Shown in pieces: positions 38,899 to 50,300 of a DNA stretch of 64,000 nucleotides. A program made the position numbers and the translations under genes. The first letter of the stretch is position 1. The number at the start of each line of letters is the position of its first letter. The DNA is from Azolla caroliniana (lineage: Eukaryota > Plantae > Polypodiophyta): positions 13,764,001-13,828,000 of the forward strand of contig JBHGNT010000003.1 in the NCBI GenBank assembly GCA_043228905.1, read 5' to 3'. The notes beneath the pieces were generated by a model that saw only the letters and a list, made by a program, of their open reading frames with translations, was not told the DNA's origin and did no database searches.

Positions 38899-39367
38899 TT
38901 TCTTCTGGGTTTCATTCATGAAGGCATGTCCGATATCCACGGACTTTCGAAGTGTTAGATCTCTCGAGACTTCTTTCCTCTTTTGTTCACTATTGGCGGG
39001 TAGCGGTCCCGCAGACGGTTCCACCTTCTTTTCCACGGTCTTATATTTTGTACATACCATTGCTTCTTCTTTGCGGAGTGCATCCAGCCCCATTTTCGCA
39101 ATGATCTCGTACATCTCAACCGATTCCATTGGGACTACCCAGTCTCGTACATCTCAACCGATTCAAATCGTTGTAACGTGCTCCCATAGAACACTTCTTC
39201 GACTACTCCCACGATTGCTTTGTCTTCTTTTATAATTGATGCAGACTTTAACTCATCTTGCACCTTTCAGAATTCTTTCTTCATTACTCTGGTTACAGCC
39301 ATGTATGTAGATGCCCCATCTGGACTGATTCGTACTTGTTTTCCTCTGAGAGTTTTCTTTTGTGTGG

Positions 39368-39706
39368 TAGGTATCGGCAACGGCTCGGCTCAAGACTAAA
39401 CCGTTCGGCTTAGCCGGCTTAAAGCGGGTTAGCGGCTCGGCTCGGCTCGGTTTAGGCTGGAACTTGCCTTAACAGTTTGAGCTCAGCTCGGCTTGTCTTG
39501 AGCCTTGCCAAACCGGCTCAAGCCGGCTAAGCCGTTTAGAAACTTTAGAGCAAGAGGGAGAGAGAGAGAAAGAGAGAGGGAGGGAGACAATAGACAAGGG
39601 GAGAGAGAGAGAGAGAGAGAGAGAGTCGAGACCACACAGATGTGTGAGAGAGAGTGGGAGGGAAAGCTTGTAAAATGTATACTATATAGTGGATCATCTG
39701 AGAGAG

Positions 39707-39738
<32 letters not shown>

Positions 39739-40390
39739 TATATTATCGTCTTCGGAGGTCAAATATGACCTATGAGACCAAAAATATTACATTTCACGTG
39801 ATACCTGTGAAAGTGAGTAGTGACTCTTGATGTTCAAGAACTTTACCAATGAATGTTGCAATCGAGAGTGCACATTGTGGTTGTGAGAGGAATTCATGCA
39901 AGGATTGGGATCGATCGAAGAGATGTGGAAAGCATGGTCGAATATGATCAAAGGCAGAGCATTGTATCAAAGTGTGATACTTAGACTCGCGAACTTGTTT
40001 AGGGCAAAGTGTGCATAGCCGACCACTCTCATCACTTGTAACCCAACGCCTTGTTTCACATCGCAATGCATGTGAGCTAAGTCGCATGGAAGCAATGGTT
40101 CAAATGGCAGATAACGGTATGGGCTCTAACATGTATGGATGTGTACGATTTCCCCGTTCCGCAAAGAATATGGTTTTGTAGTTAGGTGCAACATGTGTAG
40201 TATAATGTGTGAAGCGTGAGCCTCCACATTTGTCCCATGTCATGATACATTGGCGTTGCAAAAATGCCTCATTTACAGAGGAATCTAATGATGCATCATG
40301 AAGCAAGTGTCTCGCATCCCATCTACCAAACCATTTTTCTATATCTTGCTTCGAGAGAAAGAGAGGGAGGGAGGGAGAAAACAGACAAGG

Positions 40391-40448
<58 letters not shown>

Positions 40449-40702
40449 GGGAGGGAGACAACAGACGAGGAGAGAGAGAGAGAGAGAGAGAGCCCAAATG
40501 GATGTAGCTCAGTTGGTAAGGTTGCCCGATGAAGACCAGGTGGTCATCGATTCAACCCCTACATTCCACAGTGGCATCTAGTGAATTAAGAGATATATAA
40601 GAAGTATATAATAGAGAGGTGAGGAAGTTGGGTTTCGAACCCAAAACACAGTGCTTGTAGTGCTAACAAATTACCACTGGGGTAAGGTAATTACGATAAA
40701 AA

Positions 40703-40742
<40 letters not shown>

Positions 40743-40949
40743 CGAGACCACACAGATGTGAGAGAGAGAGTGAGAGGGAAAGCTTGTACAATGTATACTA
40801 TATAGTGGATCATTTGAGAGGGAGAGAGAGAGAGGGAGGTTTCCAAGCCGGTTTGGAAACTGGTTTCTAAGCCGTTTACCAGTTTAGTTCGGTTCGATTC
40901 GGTTTAGGTTTGAGATGCCCAAAATGGTTCGAACCGTTGCCGATCCCTA
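39368..40949. mobile_element. Non-autonomous hAT DNA transposon
   Basis: 16-bp TIRs TAGGTATCGGCAACGG / CCGTTGCCGATCCCTA (1 mismatch); 8-bp TSD TTGTGTGG/CTGTGTGG; subterminal GGCTC/CGGTT repeats; no transposase. Confidence 0.88.
39708..40350 (-). mobile_element. 5'-truncated RTEX-like LINE 3' end with (CTAT)n tail
   Basis: RLSSHALRCETRRW...RLCTLC...ESKYHTLIQCSAFDHIR is homologous to the C-terminus of ORF2 at 47333-51064; same 3' stem-loop; flanked by GA tracts. Confidence 0.8.
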
Positions 40950-41825
40950 CTGTGTGGGGTATCATGGCTTCTCAGACTATCACTTCCCCCCTCCGAAATA
41001 GTCCGCTTTAAAAATCCATTTTTGTTTGGGACAAGAGCTCTCTCTTGTTCCTTTTGTGATTCGATGGAACAATTAGGAATTGGATGGTTTTCCCTCCAAT
41101 TTGGCTCCGAATTCGTGCAAAAGCTGCTCCACTATCGAGCACCTTTGTCTCCATTAGTGAAGCCGTGATAAAGGGTTGCTCGAGGATCACGGAATGTGAG
41201 ACCTCATCTTGAACGAAGAAATTTTGGTAAATCTCCACATCTCCGATTTTCACCGTCACATCTGGACAAGTCGCAAATAGATCTTCCATGGATTTTGTGC
41301 TGCTCGGATCTTCCATCCATGGCTGGTGTTTATAGGCCACTTCCCCTTCTAGTAGAACTCCTTGGACATCAAATTGATCTCTAACCCATGATCAATCAAT
41401 GCTAGTACGGGCTCTTTGATGTTTCTGATTCGGACCGGAGTCTCCATAGTTGCGCGTGCCTAGTGTGGCCTTGTGTAGTGGGAGTTCGGAATTTCATCCT
41501 CCACTTCCGTGTCGTTCATTAGAGCGGTATTCGCATTCACCCTTGGAGCATTTTCTCCGTAGTTTGTCTCTTTCTTTTTACGAGATCCACAAGAAGATCG
41601 TGAAACTCCTTCTTCGCTATTCCGAGTAATTCCTGGAGAGAAAATTCCACTCGACTATCAAGGATTCTCTCTCTGAACACCTTCTTTAGGTTCGTCCATT
41701 GTTCTATGTCTGAAGCGATTTTGAATGTCGGAATTGTTTTTCCTTTCCCCTTTCCTTCGGAGTTCCAGCTCTCCGGTGTCTTTGATGGCCCAACAACATC
41801 ATCCGTGCGCTGTCGTTTCTCATCT

Positions 41826-43427
41826 ACATACACCTCATGCAATTGACATAACGCATGTATGGTATTCTTATCTACGGGGTACTCCCATCTAGTAGCTTCC
41901 TAGATGCCTTCGGCGGTGCTCCGGATTTCATCACATTTTTTAGCATATAGCTAATCAATGTCTCACCTGTATCATCAACATTGGCTTTCATTGTGTGTCG
42001 GTGTGGCGTATACTTGCAGGTTTGTTGGGAGTGGGTAGTTGCATCATCAACTGCCATCCTCCAAAATCTTGCCATTTTTTGTTGCAAGCTCCCCCATCTT
42101 CCGATATCTTTCTACCGATGCCTCACTATAAATTGCCCAAGCTACCCTGTACATTTCAGGGTCACGAGATTCCTTTGTTGTTTCGCAATACTCGTATGCA
42201 AAAGCTCTGGCAAATGAAATGGACAACTTGTTGTTGACCGGGATCTCTTGATGTACTTTTTGGTGCAGTCTCATGCAATCATCGTATAGGTCTGGTCGTA
42301 CATGCTTCAGCTTGACCTTGCCTTTCACTCTAGGCACTTTATATACTGACATCCAGTCAATCTACATCACTAATCAATCTATTTGTTAGAACAGTAGGGT
42401 CAATACCCTCGAGTGACAGACCATATATGTTGTGAAAGTCCTCCTTTGTCTCGCAAAATTTTGCGAAGTTCAGCACTCTAGGATAGGGAGGAACGAGCCA
42501 CCTGAAATAGAAAATCAGTAATTAGAATTGGTGCAAAAACAAAATTTTTAATGTGAATTTGGTGCAAAATTATAACACTTTGAGACAGTAATCTGAAATT
42601 TGTAATCTGTGCTTTTCAACATGTATCAGAAATCAACCACTTAAAAAATCAGAAACCCTAATCAGAATTTGTCATGAGAATTGGTGCAAAATTACAACAC
42701 ATTGTGACAGTAATAAAAAATTTGTAATTAGAAATTTGTAACCAGAAACTTGTAATCTGAAATTTGTAATCAGAAACCCTAAACCACTTAAGGGAAACAC
42801 AAACCCTAATCATCACTAAAGGCAGAAATCAACCATATTACGAAATTCTATCAATCAGAAACACACCTGCTGCTACACCCCGATTTTCGAGACATCCTTG
42901 TTTGGGATTCCAACGACTTTGCCCTATTTGATTTTTGGCAAAGATGAACATGCACCAAAGTTAAAGACAGTTATCAGAAAGGTTTTTTATTTTTATTTTT
43001 AATATGTATCTGATACATACTTGGACGAGGATCGATCGACTTGGTCGTGTGTTGTAGCTTTGAAGGTGCAATGTCGATCTCAGAGTTTTTGTGCTGCTGC
43101 GGGAGGTTTGTCTGTGTTCATGCTCAGAGTACTCCATCTGTTTGGAGTTCGAACTCAAACTCAGGATTATCGAGAATTTGATGACATTCAAGTCGACCTT
43201 AGATGATGGCACTATTCCCCATGTTCCACTACATCAAAAACCAAAGTTCAAATATTTGAGTATTCTCATGAATTAAATGACATGTATTTAACTAATAAAA
43301 CATAAAATTTCGTAAACCATCGTTATGATTTTCCCACAAAAAACTAGCTAAATAAATAGCTAATTAGTTGTGGCCATTTTAATAGCTAATTAGCTATAAT
43401 AGTGTTTGTACTCGCATGCTTTTACTC
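41826..43427 (-). mobile_element. Truncated end of a probable Sola-type DNA transposon with an intron-containing accessory ORF remnant
   Basis: Terminus GAGTAAAAGCATGCGAGTACAAAC (minus strand, from 43427) resembles GGGTGGAAGCATACGAGTGGAAAC at 60824; both have subterminal TAGCTAATTAG motifs; coding-like pieces at 41872-42500 behind a TTTCAG acceptor. Confidence 0.5.
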
Positions 43428-43429
43428 GG

Positions 43430-43765
43430 CATGCTTTGTCATTACCTTGGATATCCAATTGGGGTGGAATTTTTGCATGTGAAACATATTGAGTGGGTAT
43501 CCTAAATGTTGGAGGATAAGTTTACGTATTAGAGGTCTCAATTTTGGCCTTTTCATGTACGACTTAAGGTGGTCCAATCGATTATGGTCTCTATGGTATC
43601 TTATTATCTTCCTTTGCTCCCATGGTCAAAGAAAGCTCTTGAAATGTTGTCACACTCAATGCGAATGTTGTTATGGAAAAGAAAAGGGAAAAGTGCATTG
43701 TCGTGGTTGGCATGGGATCATGTTTGTACTCCGAAGCGTCTTGGTGGGGCATCAATATTGAATCT
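43430..43765 (+). mobile_element. L1-clade LINE ORF2 fragment (post-RT region)
   Basis: YLGYPIG...VVQSIMVSMVSYYL...LLWKRK....SWLAWDHVCTPKRLGGASILNL. Confidence 0.8.
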
Positions 43766-44072
43766 TGTTGAGATAGAAGCTCAACATTGGCTGGATTGGC
43801 TGTGCAAGCCGAGAACCGGATCAGTTGGGATCGATCGGTTAGGCCAGACCGGTGCGTAAACCGGGAGGCCGTTGGAAAAATATTCCGAGTACGAATATAT
43901 TTTGGGAGTTAGTGTAGAGCTCAATTATGAGCATTGAAGTACGTGTCAGTACATCTGTCAGTTCGTATGGACTTGTATAAAAGTGCTCACTAAGCACATC
44001 ATATGTACAGACTGAGTATTATTTTTGAATTGAGTTGTGTGTATTGACTATCTCTCTCTATCTCTCCCATGT
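43766..44072 (+). repeat. Copia family B LTR, 5' part, interrupted by element E1
   Basis: TGTTGAGATAGAAGCTCAACATTGGCTGG... is highly similar to 6861-7190. Confidence 0.9.
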
Positions 44073-46982
44073 TGTCGTGAAGATTCCGGGCCATGGTGAG
44101 AAATCGGGGAATATCGGAAGAATCGGCGGAGTGCATCATGTGCACTCACCCTTGTATAAACATGTGAATAATAGGGGTGCCTTTATGGTGCCGAGTGGGT
44201 GTCAAGTCGGGACAAAGAATCCCATGTAAATCGGGATTTATCCCACATTATAACACATCCCTCTCCTTGTTCTATAAAAGGAAGGGATGGTCCCTTGTAG
44301 AGGGGTTGCCCATTTTGAGTCGTAAGGGTATACCATTTTGTAGAGGGTTGTTTTGTTAAGAATTTCTAGGGTTAGTAATTGTCTTGCGGTCTTCTTCTTC
44401 TTCTCCTTCTTGAGAAGCTGGGCGTAGTAGCCATGGCAGCAAAGCTCTGTTAGGGTTAACGTCTTTTCTTCTGAGCGTAGCCCGGCTCGAAGCCGAGGTT
44501 GTATCTTTTCCTTTGTAATATATACGCTTGTATCTGTTTGTGCATGTTGGTGTATTCGGTGGTGTCGGGAGCATAGCCCTTCGTTCCTTGTGCATAAGAG
44601 TCGGAGTCGTGCGCACTCTCTCTCTCTCTCTCTCTCTCATGTTCGGTCGCCTCCGGGTCGTGTTCGAAGTCGGTTTTCTTGGCATCCCTTTTTTCCTTGT
44701 CCGAGACCCCCGTGGTCCCGCCCCTTTCTACACGCATGCGCGTAATACCGCGACATCTTTGGTGAACCCGATGTGAAAGGGAGGCAAGGGAGAATGGAGT
44801 TGGAAGAAGACGACTTCACACAACTTTTTGTCGATGCGGTGAGGGAGTTTGGATGAGCAACAACAAGAAGAGAGAAGGCGTAGTAAGCTGTTGAGCGAGT
44901 GGTCGAAAGAGTCGGCCGTTTCAACGGGGACAAGGTCCCATTCTACTTGAAAACCTACAACGCGGAAATGGAGGAGCGAGACGTAGACGAGGCGTTGAGG
45001 CTGGAGTTCAGCCCGATGCAAACAACCGTTCTAGCACGGGAGAAATCTCCCTCCTTCTTCGAGCTCCTCGGGTCGTCATCGTCCATATGCACGTGGAAAT
45101 GAAGGAGCTCCGAGAAGCTCATAGTTCGTGGGAGGCCTTCTAAGAGGCGCTCCTGCAGGCATATGGAGGACGATAGAAGAGCCGGGGACGACGCGACTTC
45201 GACTAGTGGGTGGCATCGGCGAAGACCTACCGGGGCACAACGAAGGCGTTCTGAGAGTTCGAGCGCCGGCTTGCTCGGCTCTCGGAGCGGGAACAAGGTT
45301 TGGTGGGGGTGGACAAAGTCCTGTTGTTCATTAAGTCGATCGAACGAGCGGAACGGGAGGCCATCGGGATTGAGCTCGAAGACGAGGACAGAGCGAATGG
45401 CCTTACGAAGGATTGGTCGAAGGTCGGAAGGGTATGCCAACGGCTAGATGACGAGTGGGCCGAGAAGGCTAGGAGGAAGGCGCGCGACGGCGTGCGATCA
45501 CAGCGGGAAGAGGCCGAACGACAAAGAGAGTTGGCAAGGCTTGGCTTCGAGGCCAGGTTTGCGAAGGCGTATGCAGCTCTCGAGGCAATGCTCGAAGCAG
45601 AGCAAAGAACAAGGCCGCAAGCCGACCCCGAGGAGACGGACTCGCCTCACGAGATGGCAGAAGATTGGTATGACGGTACCACGGGAGAGGGTGCGGAACA
45701 AAACGCCCTCTCGACTTGCGAAGATGGAATGACCAAGGACAAGGCCGAGATACCGATCGCAGAATCAGAACGTTGGGACTAGCGGTTTCGGGCACGTCAG
45801 CCCGAAACTCCGGATTATGGAGAAGCAAGCCCAGGAGAGGCTTGCGCGATCGGTAAGGAGTCGACCACCGAGTACGAGGAGCTGGTGGCTACAGACAAGG
45901 GCGCAAATAGGACGGGCGGTTCTACGTGTCTTCCCACACTTGCTCCCAAGACGATGGCAGTTGGGCCCGAGTGCCCACGTGAGTCCCAAGAGGAGGAAGG
46001 CGGCGACGTGAGATCGAGAATCGCCGGCAAGACGATACGAGGAAGGACTGGACCAAAGCCCTCGGAACCGATTCAGATTCGGGCCCTTATGTCCACGTGA
46101 GACTGAGGAGATGGATGAAGATATCGAGGAGTCCTGGCACGAAGCCAGCGAAGATGGAAGGGAAATGTCCTGCGAGGAGGTCGACGAAGGAACCATGAAA
46201 CGAACCGACCGGGGACTGAACCGCGCGGTACTCCGATTCGGTTGGAGCGCGATCCGATCGTGGATTGTTCGACCGGGGCTAGAATCGGCATGAGGGTGCC
46301 GATACGGGAGAGGGTGCGGAATGAGCCGCCATCTTTTAGATGGGGAGAAAGACCGACAGGGCGAAGGTCGGGAATCAAAAGGAAGGTGATCAAGGGTTCA
46401 GAACGAATCCAGCGGGATCGACATCGCAGCCGAAACTCTGGACATTGGAGAATCAAGCCTAGGCGGGCTTGGTTGATCACAGAGTGGATGCTATCCACCG
46501 ACACCACTAAAAGGGTCGGTGGCCTGGGACGAGTGACCAGAAGACGTTATGAAATAGGTTACCCCACATCTTGACCGGAGACTTCAGCAGTTCAAGCCAA
46601 CGTGGGAACATGAGACCGAAAGAGAAGGGAGATGGTAGGGTAGCGTAAAAGGGGGATCAACGACGACGAGGGGGAACGAAAGGGGTGGGTGACCGAAGTA
46701 TGGGTCCTCCACACTCGTTCTCGAGACTTAGGCATTTGCGTCCGAGAACCAAAGCAAGACCTAAGAGACGGAAAGTGGTGGTGAGGACACGAAGGTCACG
46801 ACCAATACAACCGATCCGAAAAGAGGAGGAACGAAGACTGGTCCTATGGGATCCTCACACCGATCTGGAGACGCCGACAGTTCAAGCCGATGTGGCAACG
46901 TGAGACCGAGTGAAAAGGATGGGGGTAGCAACAAACAGGACCCGGCAATGCAGAGTGACGGTCGGACCCGGATGAGAACAGG
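44073..46982 (+). mobile_element. Family E copy 1: 5' LTR (44073-44755), PBS-Trp (44760-44776), decayed Gypsy-type gag, repeat-rich interior
   Basis: TGTCGTG...CGCGACA termini; TGGTGAACCCGATGTGA; gag-like VERVGRFNGDKVPFYL.. and GVDKVLLFIKSI..GLTKDW. Confidence 0.85.
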
Positions 46983-47332
46983 TGTTGCGTTATTACGCGC
47001 GTGCATGTAGAAGGGCGGGACCACGGGGGTCTCGGACGAGGGAAGAAGGGAAGCCGAGAAGATGATTCTGGACGTGTTCCGGAAGAAACAGAACGAGAGA
47101 GAGAGAGGGAGAGAGAGAGAGAGAGAGAAAGAAAGAAAGAAAGAAAGGTGTATTAACGTCTTCTAAGGCCAAATTTGGCCCATGAGACAATTGGTTTACA
47201 ACAATAGAGTATTTATCCAGTCATCATAACTAAAAATAAAATTAAGTAAAAAAAATAGAACTTAAACTAAAAGAGTTCTAGTAGTGTACAATATGTAGTA
47301 TACTCGAAAGTGACTATACACTAAGCCTAATT

Positions 47333-50300
47333 TTATTTCCACCCAAGCCTCTCGAAAAGAAGTGGGGGGTCAAAGGGTCTTGATGTGGGTTCCAATGTAG
47401 AGAGTGCCCTAGCCCTGGCTTCTAGGCGGTGTAGCTCACGTTCCCTTATTTTCAATATTGCGTCCACATCACGTTGAGTTGTTTTGAAACCCGGCACCCG
47501 AGGACGTCTGGTTCTTCTCTGGTTTTCTGCCTCATCAATGGAAAGGCCGAGTGGTGCAAGTGTGTCGGCATTCGTTGTCTCCTCAGGTTCCTGAAAAACT
47601 GCATTTGTTACATGTTCGTGATCATTAGCAGCATTATTGTCAACATTTTGTAATTTATTCTCTCTGTGTTGTTTTAGCTCTAGAATGTATTTGCCTAATT
47701 TCTTTATATCTAGAGTATCTAATAGTTTGGGGAGGGTGGGAGACGGACCAAGTATGTCTTGGTATTTTGCCCTTATCTCGGCATAGGTTGGACACTTGCA
47801 AGTAAAGTGGTACTCATCCTCTATCTCTATGTGACATAACCTACATATCCTTCCCTCCCTAGGGACTCCACTAGTACGGCCATTTTCAATCTCAAGTTGG
47901 TGAGATGATATTCTAAGTTGTCCAATGGCAACCCTTAGTGCATGTGGTAAGAATACATCTAGATATTTTGGCCGTGTGATAAAACCTAACTCAGAGAAGT
48001 GCATGAAGTGTTTCTTATAGTACGACATTTTAGATGGGAGTGGCTCTAGTGGGGTGATCCATTTACACCGAGTGTAAATTTGCCATATTTCTTGGCGTAT
48101 TACTTTATTGCGGTTCTCATGAGAGATTAAGGTGTTATCACTTGTGTGGTTGTACCTAAGGGGAGGTAGGTTATTAATGTCTAGACCATTCGCAAGAAGC
48201 CAAGTCACCATCATGCCATACCATGAGCTAGTATAGCCGGACTCATACAATGATCGAGAGGCCTTAAAGGCTTGATGAGATATTCTATCATGTGGTTGGC
48301 TATGTATCCTATCAATAAAGACTACAAGTTGAAAAAGTGCCTCTACTAGCATTGGGGGTAACGTGAACTCGGCCCTAATAATGTCATGTGGTACAGTCGA
48401 TTTGCTTCGGAGTTGGCGTGATAGCATCATCACCAATGGTCTCTCTAATTGCGTCCACATGAAGGATGGTAATCCTGGAGCCCAAACCGCAGATGCATAC
48501 ATGAGGGAGGGGGTCACTAATGAGTCAAAGAGCCACCCTTTAGTCCGTGGCTCTTGAAAGTGTGCTTGGTGGAATTGTCTCTCTAGGAGTGAGAGGGATG
48601 CATGTCCTCTCGTGAGTCTATCCTTCGCTGCCTGTGTCATCGAAAATTTACCTGAGCGGGCACTAAAAGTGACTCCGAGATATACGTACGATCCAACCAC
48701 CTCGACTGGGCTATGGGAGATAGTTAGGTGACACTTAGCTCTAACTTGGGCCGATGTGTGGAAGATAAGGACTTTCGTTTTCCCTAGATTCACTACCAAT
48801 CCTCGTTGTACACAAAAGTCATCTAAGGCATTGAGGTGCCTCTGTAGGTCGTGTTCGGATTCAGAGAGCAAAACTATGTCATCCGCATAGAGCAAGATAC
48901 GAACCTGCGTATCCCCAAGGACCACTCCGGTGCCTCCCTCACGAGCAATAAAATCTGTGATCTCATCAATGTAAATCCCAAAAAGTGTCAGTGATAGGGG
49001 GCAACCTTGTTTTACACCAATAGTGCTAGTGAAACGATTGGATAGGCCACCTGGGCATTGGACACACCCGGACATTTGTTCATATAGTGCGTAGATGGCC
49101 CATACCATATCATCTGGTATCCTCAAGCTTTTAAGTCTATCAGACAACCGATCTCTAGGGACTGTGTCAAAGGCTTTGCGGAAGTCCACAAAACAACAAT
49201 ATAATCTCTTCTTGCGAGCCCTAGTTTGGTCAATTAGGCATCTAAGTGTGAAGATGTGATCAATAGTGGAGAAGGCTCGTCTAAAGCCAGCTTGTTCAGG
49301 TGCACGAAGGTTTAGGGTCTCCATGTAGTCGCTAAGCTCTGCTTCCATTACTGCACCATATAACTTAGCAAGGGTATGGCCTATCATAATGGTCCTATAT
49401 GTATTTGGGTCCATGGGGTTCCCCCCTTTATGTATGGGGGTCACTGTATTCATAGTCCACTGTGGTGGAAAACCCTCCGCAAGGGCACGATTGAAGATTA
49501 GAGTTAGCAAGGGAGCTAGGCACTCTCTCGCATATATAATGTGTTCTGCTCGCAATCCTGTGTGGTCCATGGACTTCCTATGTTGTAATTTCTTTATGAC
49601 CTTCATGACCCTAGAGGTCGTGAAAAGTGTCCCCGTGGTAGGCCGGGGTGTGGAAGGCATTGGAAAAGGTGGTTGGTTTGGGATTTGGTAAAGTCTCTCT
49701 GTATATGTGTGCCAAGTTTCGGGATCTTCGATGGGGGTTTGTGGTCTTGGCTCCCGTAGTCTCTTCCATGCCGTGGCGCAATCGCTACTCATGAGCATAT
49801 GGTAGAGTTCCCAGTATTGGGATGCCTCCCACGCTCGTCTCTTACGACGTGTCATCTTACGCATTTCTTTGCGAGCTTGTGTGGAGGTAATACTACCATT
49901 GAGTTGCGATACTGTAAGTTGTCTATGTAGGTCCCTACAATCCTCGTCATACCATTTATTTTGTGGCATTGATCCTGATCTACCTTGATTTGAGTGTTTT
50001 GTATATGGGAAACTGCTAGCTGCTGCGGAGTGAAGGATGTGTGTGAGTTTTGTACTAAGGCTTTCTAACGGTAGAGAGGGATCAATGGAGGGGAGATGGG
50101 CCTGAACATGTTGAGAGTATATGTCAGAGAGCTCATGTGTGAAATGTATTGTGGTGTGATGGCATGGTTGACTAGACTTGGTGACCTTAGAGATATCACA
50201 TTTTAGCTCGAAGTATAAGAAGCTATGGTCTGCGCCAATAGGGCATGGGGCCACTCGGAAGGAGTTAATCAAGTGGGTAGCTGTCGGGCGCCCTATTAGA

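Larger units (their letters stand above)
38022..41825 (-). mobile_element. Decayed Ty3/Gypsy (gag tail, protease, pre-RT region), interrupted by family H and hAT insertions
   Basis: Collinear minus-strand pieces ILDSRVEFSLQELLGIAKKEFHD, ALID.G.EI protease-like region, ATCPDVTVKIGDVEIYQNFFV, TKYKTVEKKVEP, and EMLEQRGKAFAF..EIGCVDP.IV..MVIF....WNLKPIPVP. Confidence 0.75.
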
